A stretch of 64,000 nt of DNA from Okamejei kenojei (taxonomy: Eukaryota): positions 26,474,001-26,538,000 of the forward strand of contig CM069135.1 of NCBI GenBank assembly GCA_035221665.1, read 5' to 3'. The translations under genes were made by a program, and so were the position numbers. A model generated the notes under the pieces. It had not been told where the DNA came from. It ran no database searches and was given only the letters and a program-made list of their open reading frames with translations. Shown piece by piece: positions 49,549-61,267 of this stretch. How positions within the stretch are numbered: the stretch's first letter is position 1; the number at the start of each line of letters is the position of its first letter.

Positions 49549-51026
49549 TGTTTTATAATCTTTAAAACCTTCAGACACCTCACCTCTCCTGACACTAGCT
49601 TGGCTGAGAGTCCACTCTAAAGTGGCTTGTTAGGGTCAGTGTTTTCCTTCAGGTCCATGCGAGATGAATTGATAAACTGAAGGTATCCAGTGCACCAGTG
49701 CAGCACTGTGGCAGTCAGTAGAACTGGTGGCTCCCAGCACCAGAGACCTGGGCTCAATCGGACTTTGGGGGCGGTCTGTATCAACCCACTCTTTGCTCTT
49801 CAATTAAGACATATATTGACATTGACATATTGACAATAAAACACTCTTGACTCTTGAATCGAGTTGAAAATCCTTCCCTCAGATAATCTGGCCTGGTCTC
49901 AAAATAAATTGCTTATGTCTGTGGATAACTGATCAAACCCCTTGTCCTATGTCACTCGAGACAACGTTTCCAACACTGCTGGAGTCTGCAGTAATTATGT
50001 AAAGTTCCTGCACCTCAACTGTAATTATGTAAAATTACTGCACCTCAAATGTTGGACCTTTGATCCATAACGCCAAGGACTACCTAACAAAACTGCAATA
50101 AAAAGCTCTGGATGAATACAAATTGTGTCTATAGTAATCTAACCTGACATTTTGAAAATCCATATTAAATATTCTGCCTTCTTAGATTCCCAATCAATCA
50201 GTCCACTTGGTCTTGTGAGTATTTACGCTGTACTTGTGCTGCAAGGCTGCTATCAATGCAAAGCAGTTTCATTGATTTTGGGTTGTTGTTTAAACAGCAT
50301 CTGAACCCAGAGTAACCCAGCATTAGACAAGATCTCCTTCAATCACAGCTGCCCTGGACCAATTCTCCAAATCCATAAATCTAGTATCATGTGAGGTCTG
50401 TTTGGGCCTGAATCACTGCCAAAATAGGAGGACCATTTTAACCAATGTAAAACTCGCACCGTAACTGCAAGTCCCAAAACTGGAGAAGCCCACTGATCAT
50501 TTCTAATCCTCTTTAAGTTTAACCTGATGTTGCTTACATAAGACAAGCAATGTAGGAAGGCAAGCAATCTTTCATTCTCAGAGGATGGCCAGCCATTTAA
50601 ACCAATACTACTTCAATCCCATTTCTTTCAATCTCCCCAGGTTGTTATCAACTCTCCCCAGATGTTACCACTCACTTACAAACAGGGGCAATTTACAGTG
50701 GTTAATTAACTGACGTTAGGGATGTGGGGAAAAAATAGGAGCACCCAGGAAACCGATACAGACCGCACCTGAGGTTAAGATCGAGCCCAGGTCTCTGGTG
50801 CTGGGAGGCAGCAGTTCACACTAGCTGTGCCACTGTGCTGCACTGGTGCACTGGATACCTTCAGATTATCAGTTCATCTCACACGGACCTGAAGCAAAAC
50901 ACTGACCCTAACAAGCCACTGGAGAGAACTCTCAGCCAAGCTAGGCTGACCCAGAGGATGGAATCATGTAGGAAGAAAGGAGTCAGGAGAGGTGCGGTGT
51001 CCGAAGGTTTTTAAAATTATGAAACA
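49549..51026. repeat. Long inverted repeat, arms 49549-49782 and 50755-51026
   Basis: For example AGTGGCTTGTTAGGGTCAGTGTTTT versus AAAACACTGACCCTAACAAGCCACT, and CTGAAGGTATCCAGTGCACCAGTGCAGCAC versus its reverse complement. Confidence 0.9.
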
Positions 51027-51120
51027 TTTTGTCTGCACAATTTCAGCAGGATATTTCTGCTAACCGGACACTTCGGAACTAGAGGTGTTTGACCCCATTA
51101 AAGTACATTAATCCAATAGT

Positions 51121-51461
51121 AGCTCAGCGGGTCAGGCAGCATCTCTGGAGAACATAGATAGGTGATGGTAGACAAAAGTGCTGGAGAAACTCAGCGGGTG
51201 CAGCAGCATCTATGGAGCGAAGGAAATAGGCAATGTTTCGGGCCGAAACCCTTCTTCAGACTGATGGAGGGTGGGGGGGGGGGGGGGGGGGAGAAGAAAG
51301 GAAAAAGGAGGAGGAGCCCAAGGCCTGAGGGAGAGCTAGAAGGGGAGGAAGATAGGTGATGTTTTGGGTTGGGACCCTTCTTCAGAATGATTGGGTCCCA
51401 ATTCACCACATTGCCTCTACAGGTGCTGCCTGACCATTTGAGTTCCTCCAGCACTTTGTGT
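51121..51461. mobile_element. Old inverted pLTR pair containing a younger Penelope 3' end (51168-51349, 12-bp TSD)
   Basis: AGATAGGTGATG at 51156-51167 and 51350-51361. Confidence 0.8.
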
Positions 51462-51520
51462 GGGGGTGGGAGATTGCAACCCTCATGTGGTCCGTCGCCC
51501 CCGTTTCAACTAATGCAATC
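51462..51520 (+). ncRNA. Minimal HDV-like self-cleaving ribozyme motif
   Basis: P1 GGGGGUGG/UCGCCCCC, P2 GAUUGCA/UGCAAUC, P3 ACC/GGU, 7-nt L3 CUCAUGU, P1.1 AU/GU, J4/2 CUAA. Confidence 0.75.
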
Positions 51521-51607
51521 AACCTGGCGTGCACAATCAAATAAGATCAAATAGAACAAGTTGTCCTACAACTTTAGGCTGCGCATGCAATACGCAAGAA
51601 GAAGAGA
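51462..51607 (+). mobile_element. 146-bp SINE-like retroposon with HDV-like ribozyme head, 3' hairpin and (AAG)n tail, 12-bp TSD
   Basis: AGCACTTTGTGT at 51450-51461 and 51608-51619. Hairpin AAGTTGT-CCT-ACAACTT. Ends ATACGCAAGAAGAAGAGA. Confidence 0.85.
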
Positions 51608-52800
51608 AGCACTTTGTGTTTTACTTGAGAGAGAGGTTTGCTGACAGAAAGACTGCGCCAATGGGGCATACAGCTGGGTATTTGTAAAGTACATTCAATT
51701 GCGGACGAAAAAAGTATCTGATCTATGTTTATTTGTCTCCACAACCGGATTCTGACACAATAGCAGTGATTGTACGGAAAACAAAATGTCACACCCATCA
51801 GCTGGAAGTGAACTATGGGACAACAATTGAACCAAGGCAATTGTCGTCATGTTTTCCAAAAGAAAGGAAATCCCAAGGGGTAAAATTCACCAGAGTGGCA
51901 TTTGCAAATCATTACTTAAACAAGACCAGCCACAACTAAAGAGACTAAACTATCTGACAGTGCAATATTTATATTTCTGTACTGACTTATGCCAAAACAA
52001 AAGTGTAGGGTCAATCCTTGTGAAACAGAGTATGGGAAATGTCTGTTGCACAATTTAACCTGGGTCAGACAGAGGGTGACTCACAGAAATCTGTATCTCA
52101 TTGAATCTCGTTAACATTACAACAGCTGAGCATGTTGTGTGGCACAGTTGTGTTTTCCAAAGAATAATTTAGGATAAAAATATCCTGCAATAAGTTTAAA
52201 AAAATCTACACATTTAAATCTGAGTACCGGCAAATTATTAACATAAAGCACATAGATATGAATAAGTTCAATTCAATGCCAAATTATTATTTTTGTACCA
52301 TTTTCACACTGCAGACCATTAGGTTTCAAGAGATTGTAGCCAGCAGAAACCCAGACATCTTTGATTAATTTTAAATCGTGGCAGTATTAAGATTGCTATC
52401 ATGCTTGTTTGAGAGTGCATCTGAGTGGGTCTTGCACCAACGCTCAATTTCCTTGCCGTACAATATGGACGTACATCACTCCCACTACATCCTCTTGCTC
52501 AAAGGCTGAATTCCAGCCTCGATAAATCACATAATCTAAAGAGTTAATCATGATCCAATTTAGCTTCCAACCTAAACCATTTTGGAGAGCAAGTTAATTA
52601 TTTTATAACCGAGTTTGTGAAGATGTAATTCCTGACATCCCTTCAATAGCCTGGCTCCAATTTCGAGGTTATTACCTCCCCCATCCCACCCCCTCCCACC
52701 CACAGATCAGGTTCAAATGTTTTCCCTCCAGAGGAAGTGGTTTCTCTCGGTTCCATCAACTTTTAATCCCCTCTGCAAAGGAGAATAATAATATTGATAT

Positions 52801-52955
52801 GGCGAGTTTAACAGGAGCTCAGAAGATAGGCCTCTGGGGAATTTAATGGGAATTCAGTGAGTTTAACAGGAGCTTGTAAAATGGGGCCCTGGTGAGTTTA
52901 ACAGGAACTCCGTAACTTCAGGCAAGTTTAACAGCAGCTTGGTGAGTTTAACAGG
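52801..52955. repeat. Five copies of (G/A)AGTTTAACAG with irregular spacing
   Basis: Copies near 52804, 52859, 52894, 52924 and 52944. Confidence 0.85.
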
Positions 52956-53855
52956 TTTCCCTGAGCTCTTGGGTCTAGTGTAGACAGGGTACCTTGGATT
53001 GTTGGAGGTTTGTCATCTCCAGCAGTCCCATTTTCCTGAGCTTTTTTGTTAATGATCTTACACTGTGATCTGAGCCACCTTCCATTTCAAAGTTTCTTCT
53101 TGTCCATTCTATCAAAAATCCATGATTACCTCTGATATCACTAACCTCTCAGCTCAGATATCCTCTCAGATCAGAGGAGAACTTCCATCTTCTCCAGTTC
53201 TTCCATTCCCCTGCACAATTCAGGTCCAAACATCTCTGAAAGGAAAACTTAGGCAGTGACACAACCTCCTTGCTTTTGTACTCCATTAAGCACTGCACAT
53301 GGTTTGCTTATGTATATACACAACTTAATTTGCCCCCCTGCATCCTTTATAGTCTGATGTATGTGAACCAAATCCCACCTCCCTCCCTCCCTATACCCAG
53401 CTCCTGCTCCCCCCGTCTTGTTGCTGCTGCACCTACTTTAAAGTTTAATCCTTACGTTCAACTCCATGAATCTATTCCAAGGGCATGTCGCCCTGACCTC
53501 CAAAACCAAGAAGAGGGAGGAAGAAAGCTACAATATTTTAGGAACTGCCCCAGATAAGTTTCACAAGATTATGACCTTCAATTCCCATATTGCTAATTGG
53601 TGCCATGTCAAAATCCTGGGATGCTTCACTCAACAGCAGCTTCACCATAGAGACGGTAGCAGGTTGAGAGGATGGTTCAGTGCCGCTCGACATGGAGGTG
53701 TTTGATCTCGAAAGGCAAGAAATATCAGGGTAACTGGCCAACCATGCAGGGTCTGCTGGCTTCTCCGGCTTCCATTCCCCTCAGTAGCAGCAGTAGCAGA
53801 GCAGGGTAGGGATCAAAAATGCGCAAGGAGAAAATGGTACAAAAAAAGGTTGGAT

Positions 53856-54190
53856 TTTATTTTGTTTGCTATATTTTGAATATCTTCACAGAGCATAACA
53901 TAATACCTGATGTGTTGGCTTCATTCACGGCGAAGTGACAGTACAGTGAAGCAGCATAAAGTTAAAACTAAATATCACTCGTAATACAATTTAGTGAACT
54001 GTAAGAAAACATATTTACAGTTGTAATTTTATTAAAAAAAAGTGAATTAACATCCAAATAAAAAAAGTTATTACAAAAAGACAAAACATTTTTTTTAAAA
54101 GGTATATTAAAATTTTCACGGCAGAGTTTGGCTTCTGAGGAAGAGGTTTGACTCTTAACAGTAATGAGAACTCGCTGAAACACTCAGCTG
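53856..54190 (-). terminator. NID1: NID1 AU-rich 3' UTR with candidate polyadenylation signals
   Basis: AATAAA on the minus strand at 54028-54033 and 53856-53861, downstream of the stop codon. Confidence 0.6.
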
Positions 54191-54312
54191 TTAGTTTGAC
54201 TCCAGGCAGCTGATGGATGTCACGGCATCAGGACAACGGCAGGACCTTCTCTCAGGTGTTGCCAGGCATAGATGAGTGCAGCCTCCATTGTTTACAGCGC
54301 AGTGGTTCTGCC
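54191..54312 (-). CDS. NID1: Nidogen-1, last coding exon (C-terminal EGF-like domain)
   Basis: AG acceptor, phase 1. (G)[39 protein letters not shown]. This terminal EGF is characteristic of NID1 rather than NID2. Confidence 0.96.
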
Positions 54313-54874
54313 CTATTAAAATCAATCCAAACAGGCATTATCCACATATGTCTGTGCCTTCAGCAATCAACAACTCTCTTTTATTTCGCACCAATGCTCA
54401 AGTGAAACTGTGGGAGGAGAGTCACCAGATTGTTAGGAAGAGTTTACAGGGATCAGAGTCAAATGTGGGCAAATAGGACAAGATCTCTTACAGCATGGAA
54501 TGGGACCAGGCAAATGGATGGGCATCTTGGTGTTTAGCGTGGACAAGTTGAGCCATTGTTTCTGTGCTGTATGACTCTGCGACCAGACAAACTAACTCCA
54601 GGCTACATAAAAAGCTGCTGAGATGGGTGATCCAAAGCTCGGCTAAAGAGGAGGAGAGGAAGGTGACGTGGCAGAAGGCATTTAGGCAGTGCTTTGGAAG
54701 CTGTAGGATTGGCAACTACGGTGACATGCATGCACGCAGGCTAGAATGTCAGACAGTCAAGAGCGCACAATTGACGGAGCTAACTAAGATAGCAGAAGAG
54801 GGTGGTGGGGAATTACAGAGAGATCAAAGGGATGATGTTGTGAGGGGACAATAAGAATTTAGAGTAAGATTTAG

Positions 54875-55180
54875 GCGGCACAGTGGCACACCAGATTAAA
54901 TAACTGGTAGTGCTGCTGCCTCACAGCGCCAGATACCCAAGTTGGATTCTGACCTCTGTATGGAGTTTGCATGTTCTCCCTGTGAGCGCTTGGGTTTCCT
55001 GCAGGTATTCCGGTTCCCTCCCATATCCCAAAGATGTGGGTTTATAAATTAATTGGCCTCTGTAAATTCCATCCAGTGAATGGATGTGAAAGTGCGATCA
55101 CACAGAACTAGTTGTGAATGGTTGGTTGGCTTGGACTTGGTAGGCCAAAGGGCCTGTTTTCATGTTGTATCTTTCAAGCA
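54875..55180 (+). mobile_element. HE1-like V-SINE, near full length
   Basis: GGCGGCACAGTGGC head, V-domain and GGGCCTGTTTCATGTTGTATCT tail. Confidence 0.85.
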
Positions 55181-55199
55181 ATCAGAGTGAATCTTCTTG

Positions 55200-55515
55200 A
55201 CAGCTCTGGGTCTGTACTCACTACAGTTTAGAAGGATGAGGGGGAACCTCATTGAAACTTATAGAATAGTGAGAAAGGTGATGATGAGAAATTTCTTCAG
55301 TCAGTGGGTGGTGAATCTGTGAAATTAATTGCCACAGATGGCAGTAGAGGCCAAGTTATTGGATATTTTTAAAGCAGACATTGACAGGTTCTTGATTAGA
55401 CAGGGTGTCAAAGGTTATGGGGAGAAGGCAGCAGAATGGGGTTGAGAGGGAAAGAATAGATCGGCGGAGTAGACTTCATGGGCCAAATGGCTTAATTTTG
55501 TCTCTATATTATGAA
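55200..55515 (+). mobile_element. CR1 3' fragment
   Basis: LGLYSLQFRRMRGNLIETY plus 3' UTR. Confidence 0.8.
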
Positions 55516-55689
55516 CATAAAAATCGAGCTCAAACCACTTGAATCAAAAATTGGGAAACCAGAGGAATGGTCTTCCTAAAGTTTGCATTACAACATGTCC
55601 GTGTGACAATCTGTAGTGAAGGCAGCAATGATACCAAACCAAACGCCCCAAACAGCACAAGTTCAACTCCAGACCCAAATCATTTGGTC

Positions 55690-57280
55690 AATCATACAGT
55701 CATACAGCATGGAAACAGGCCCCCGGCAACAACCAAGCCCACCAACATGCCCCATCGGCAACAGTCCCATCTGCTTGCGTTTGTTTGGCGCATATCCAAC
55801 TAAACCTATCCTATCCATGTATCGGTCGAAATGTTTCTTAAAAATTGCGATAGTACCTGCCTCAACTACCTCCCGCGACAGCTCATTCCATACACCCACC
55901 ACCCTTTGTGTAATAACATTAGTCCTCAGGATCCCATTAAATCTTTCCAACTTCACCTTAAACTCACGGAACTGGATCTCTGCACATCCCTCTGCAATTG
56001 GATCCTTGACTTCCTCATCCACAGACCACAGTCTGTTCGAATTGGCAGAAACACTTCATCCTCAGTGATAATCAGTACGGGAGCACCTCATGGCTGTGTG
56101 CTCAGCCCCCTGTTCTACTCACTCTACACTCATGACTGTGTAGCCGGACATAGTGCAAACTCCATTTTAAAGTTCGCTGACGACACCACCGTTGTGGGAC
56201 GAATTACAGATGGTGATGACCGACCGACCATATCGACCGACTGACCATATGGTGCCAGCACAACAACCTGGCTCTCAATATCAGCAAAACCAAAGAACTG
56301 ATTGTGGACTTTGGAAGGGGGAGGTTGTGGACCCACAATCCTGTTTACATCAACGGGACGATGGTGGAGAGTCAAAATCTTCAAATTCCTGGGTGTGCAT
56401 ATTTCCGATGATTTTTCCTGGACCCAGCACACTGATGCAATCATAAAGAAAGCACATCAGCGCCTCTACTTCCTAAGAAGATTATGGAGATTCACAATGT
56501 CAAAGAGGATTCTCTTGAACTTCTACAGTAGGGAACATGCTGACTGGTTGCATCGTGGCCTGGTTTGGCAACTTAAACGTCCAGGAGCGAAAATGACTGC
56601 AAAAGGTTGTAAACACTGCCCAGGCCATCACCGGCTCTGACCTCCCCACCATCTAAGGGATCTATCATAGTCGCTGCCTCAAAAAGGCAGCCAACATCAT
56701 CAAAGACCCACACCATCCTGGCCACACACTCATCTCACCACTGCCATCGGGAAGAAGGTACAGGAGCCTGAGAAATGTAACATCCAGGTTCAGGAACAGC
56801 TTCTTCCCTACAGCCATCAGGCTATTAAACACAACAATCTCATAAGCTATGGACTACAATAGACTATTATTATTATTATTGCACTTATTGTTTGGTCTTT
56901 TTTTCCGAGGTTTTTGTTCCATTATTTATTACAATTACATATTCTGTTGTGCTGCAGCAAGTAAGAATTTCATTGTTCTATCTGGGACACATGACAATAA
57001 AACACTCCTAACTCTTGATCTATGTCCTCTGGTTCTCAATTCCCCTACTCTGGGCAAGAGACTCTGTGCGTCAACCCAATCTATTTCTGTCATGATGTTG
57101 TACATCTCTATAAAATCACCCCTCATCCTTATGCGATCCAAGGTCCTAGCCTAACACTAACCTCCCTGTAGCTCAGGCCCTCGAGTCCTGGCAACATCCT
57201 CGTAAATCTTCTCTGCACCCTTTCCAGTTTAACATCATCTTTCCAACAACATGGCGCTCATAACTGAACACAATACTCTA
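55690..57280 (-). mobile_element. CR1-type 3' fragment interrupted by a plus-strand Rex1/Babar piece (about 55961-57018)
   Basis: CR1 motifs RMRGDFIEMY..RTRGH and [11 protein letters not shown] flank Rex motifs [17 protein letters not shown] and KKAHQRLYFL. Confidence 0.85.
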
Positions 57281-57335
57281 CAACACATGCAGCAAACGCA
57301 GGGTCAGTGGGAGTACAGAGAAGAGTGCCCGTTAC

Positions 57336-57448
57336 CTGGGGGGCACTGTGAGTACGCCGTGGTTATTCCATAGAGACGCGATCGTCTGGTTGGCTTTTCT
57401 TCATCAGTCTCTCGTCCGATAGCACGATCCACGGCTACGACAGCATCC
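57336..57448 (-). CDS. NID1: Nidogen-1, penultimate coding exon (end of G3 beta-propeller)
   Basis: AG/GT boundaries, 113 bp, phases 2 and 1. (R)DAVVAVDRAIGRETDEEKPTRRSRLYGITTAYSQCPP(G). Confidence 0.95.
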
Positions 57449-57979
57449 CTTAGGCAACACAAGGCAGAAGCAAGGTTAAATGTCTGCCGGACGGAATCCA
57501 GCTGAATTTATTACTAATTTTCTTAGACACAGTATCATCTGTGGAATACTTGGCTATACTTAAGATAATATTCCTTCGACTTCAAATCATGCAAAAGGCA
57601 GCCATTTCTGTGGCTCTTTGATAGACTAATTCAATTAGTCTCACATCTCCTTGTGTCTCCAAATGTTATCGTTTCACATATACACACAATCCCTAGTACT
57701 GAGTCAACTTGCATCAAGCTTTCAAACTACAACTTTCTGCTTAAAATCCAACCAAGTGTCACCTCTGTCCCTTCTGCCAGCTGCCTTGAATCTGTGTCCT
57801 TTGGATACTGACCTTCCTGCTTCTCTTAACATCATCTCGCACAGAACAGTACAGCACAGGAACAGGACCTTCAGCCCACAATGTCTGTGCTGAACTTGAT
57901 GCCAAGATAAACTAAATTTTATCTGCCTGCATGTGATCCATATCCGTGTGCCTATTGCAAAGCATCTTGTGCACTACCA

Positions 57980-58755
57980 TGGTAGATTAAAATGCTGGAG
58001 AAACTCAGCGGGTGAGGCAGCATCTATGGAGCGAAGGAATAGGTGACGTTTCGGCTCGAGACCCTTCTTCAGACTGATGTGGGGGTGGGAAGAAGAAAGG
58101 AAGAGGTGCAGACCGTGGGCTGTGGGAGAGCTGGGAAGGGGAGGGGAAAGAGGGAGAAAGCAAGGACTACCTGAAATTGGAGAAGTCAATGTTCATACCG
58201 CTGGGGTGCAGACTGCCCAAGCAGAATATGAGGTGCTGCTCCTCCAATTTACGGTGGGACTCACTCTGGCCATGGAGGAAGCCCAGGACAGAAAGGTCGG
58301 ATTCGGAATGGGAAGGGGAGTTGCAGTGCGGAGCCACCGGGAGATCAGGTTGGTTGAAAAAAAGATCGAAGGTGTTGGGTGAAGCAATCGCCAAGCCTAC
58401 GCTTGGTCTCACCGGTGTAGATCAACTGGCACCTAGAGCAGCGGATGCAATAGGTGAGGTTGGAGGAGGTGCAGGTGAACCAATGTTGCACCTGGAAAGA
58501 CTGATTAGGTCCTTGGATAGAGTCAAGGGGGTAGGTAACGCGACAAGTGTAGCATTTCCTGCTGTTGCAAGGGAAAGTACCAGGGGAGGGGGTGGTTTGG
58601 GTGGGAAGGAACAAATTGACCAAGGAGTTACGGAGGGAGCGGTTTCTGCGGAAAGCCGAAAGGGGAGGAGATGGGAAGATGTGGCCAGTGGTGGGATCCC
58701 GTTGGAGGTGGCAAAAATGTCGGAGGATTATCTGTTGTATGTAACGGCCGGTGGT
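57980..58755 (-). mobile_element. Penelope-like 3' fragment (GIY-YIG and pLTR) in a NID1 intron
   Basis: FTCTSSNLTYCIRCSRCQLIYTGETKRRL. Hammerhead core at about 58045-58073. Confidence 0.9.
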
Positions 58756-60739
58756 AAAAAACTTTCTCCACATTTCTCCTTTAAACTTTGCCCCTCTCGC
58801 CTTAAACCTGTGCTCTCTAGTCTTTAACATTTTCACGCTGGGTAAAAGATTCTGACGTCTTTCAATTTTGAAAACCTCCATTAAATCTCCCGTTAACTTG
58901 GTTTGCTCCATGCCAACCCCGTCTTCTCTTAATTTGTACCTTAGGTAGGTGAACCATAAAATCCAGCCTGCTAGATGCTTGAAGTGCCAGAAAAGTTGCG
59001 CGAAAATGTCGCAGTCACTTCATTACTTTTACTTTAACCTTTTTAACATGGGCCGCATTTACAATGCAATCTCTAAAAAAAACAAAATTAGAATTGCCTA
59101 CTTGAAACCTTTACTGTCAATTCCCTAATCAAGCAAAGAGGCATTTGTACATTTTTCAGCTAAAAAAAAAAAATCCCACGATGTCCTGTTTCAGTGTAGG
59201 TTTTTTGCCTGACTTCACACACAGGAAATGTATTTGAATATGTTCAGTGTGTGCACGGAAGATTTTTAACCAAACATTCATACCACTTCATTTAAAACAC
59301 TGAACAAATTTGAGTCCAAGATAAATGAAGGCATGCCAGATAGTATTTGCAGTCACAACGAGAATGGCTCAGCTATCTAAGACTTGATGTAGGCTAAATG
59401 TCAGAAGGTGATGGTTTTCCCAGACCTCTGGAACAGACGCTCATTTTGTGATGTAAAGACAACTTGTTTCTGCGGCTCGTGGAGATTTCCTTATGTGCAA
59501 GGTCACTACTGGGCAACACGCTGGCTTTCTTTGGCTCCGGAGCTGGAAAGGATTTTGTAACTTGTACTTCTGATCCAGTTTCTCACCTCCCTCGAGGTCA
59601 CATTGTTTCAGCTGGAATGTAGAGTGTTGATAAGGCGATGTGCAGAATTATGTGGCCTAGATTAAAACGAACAAACCTTCCTACTGACATATGTTTAGGA
59701 AAAGACTAAACAAGCTGGCCCTTTTCCCCAGGAAAGAGAATGTTATGGGTTGACACAAGGCACTGCAGATGTTGGTATGTGGAACAAAAATACAAGCTGC
59801 TGGAGGAACTCAGCAGATCAGGCTGCATTTGTGGTGGGAAAGGGATGGTTGATGTTTCAAGTTGAGATCCAGCATAAGGACTACATGTCTCTTATTTGTT
59901 ATTCTTGTCACATATACTGATGTATAGTGCAAAAAACTGAGCTATCCAGATAGTACAAAGGGAATGGAAACACTGTGCAGATGTGGTGTTGCAGCTGGCC
60001 AGGATATTTACTATTCTGAGAAGCTTGACAAAGGGAGATAGAGGGCTTTAAAATATTTGTATATGTAGCCTGTAGGATTACAAAGGATTTTCGATTCAGA
60101 AGACCATTTCACTTGTTGTGTCTGTGCTATTGAAAAACAGCTAGCAACCTGATCCACATTCCAGCAATAGGATCCTGGCCTGTAGGTCACAGCTCATCAA
60201 GTGCGCACACAAGTGCTATTTACTTTTTAGATTTTTCGTTTTTTAGAAATACAGTGTGAAAACAGGCCCCCACCCCTTTTTCCTCGTCTCCCTGGTAAGT
60301 AAAAGGATAAATTGAAATAAATTCCTTCCCATTTTTTCTATTCATGTCAATCAATCGTATACGTCTCAATTAAGTCCAACCCCCCCCCCCCCCCCCCTCC
60401 CCTTCTTTGTTCCAAAACAAAACAATCCTAGCTTATCCAATCTTTCTTCACAGCTGGGATTTTCAAGTCCTGGCACCATCCTCATCAATCTCCTCTGCAC
60501 CCTCTCTAGTACATCACGTCCCTCCTGCAACACCATGACTAGAACTGTGCAGAATATTCAAATTGTGGCCCGGAGAGCATTGGAAATCTGGGAATGCCAC
60601 GACAAGCAGGAATGGATGTGAACGGTCTTGGTCACATCTCTTGGAAAATAAGATAAACACACAAGGGAGAAGGGTGTGTTCACAGGTTGGGTTGAAATTG
60701 GGCAGACTCTTTTGTAAGAGAATATTAATCAACGTGAGC

Positions 60740-61025
60740 CACTAGTAAGGCCACAGGGCCAGCGACCCGGTTCAATCCCGAATACCGATGACTTCTGTGT
60801 GGAGTTAGCATGTTCTCCCTGTCACCAAATGAGTTTCCCCCAGGTGCTCTGGTTTCCTCCCATGTTCCAAAGACGTGCGGGTCGGTAAGCTAATTGGCCT
60901 CTGTAAACGTCCCCTAGTATGCAAGCAATTGTCAGAATCTGGGGGGAACTGATGGCAATGTGAGAGCATAGGTTACATGGAAATTAGCACAGGAGCCGCT
61001 GTGGACGGAAAGACTCAATGGGCTC
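60740..61025 (+). mobile_element. V-SINE
   Basis: B box GGTTCAATCC and V-domain. Confidence 0.75.
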
Positions 61026-61143
61026 CTTCCACATTGTAAAGAAATGTGTTGCACCACCTGCGGCAAATGGGCGACTTTATGCCACAGATTCTTTGTAATA
61101 CATGGCGCTATCACAGAAACCCTGGTGGAAACGGTTACTGCAC

Positions 61144-61267
61144 CTCCTCCAGTCCGTGTAGTACAGGTATCTTCCGTAACTGGTAATTCCGAAGGGGTAC
61201 TGGATGCCCTGAAGGATCCTCTTGCGACCAGTGCGATTCGGATTTATACACTCTAACCTCTGGGTCC
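61144..61267 (-). CDS. NID1: Nidogen-1 exon (G3 YWTD-type repeat)
   Basis: AG/GT boundaries, 124 bp, phases 1 and 2. (G)TQRLECINPNRTGRKRILQGIQYPFGITSYGRYLYYTDWR(R). Confidence 0.96.

Noticed and set aside
52801-52955. CRISPR-like repeat-spacer appearance
   Set aside because: Eukaryotic context, repeats too short, irregular spacers and no cas genes.
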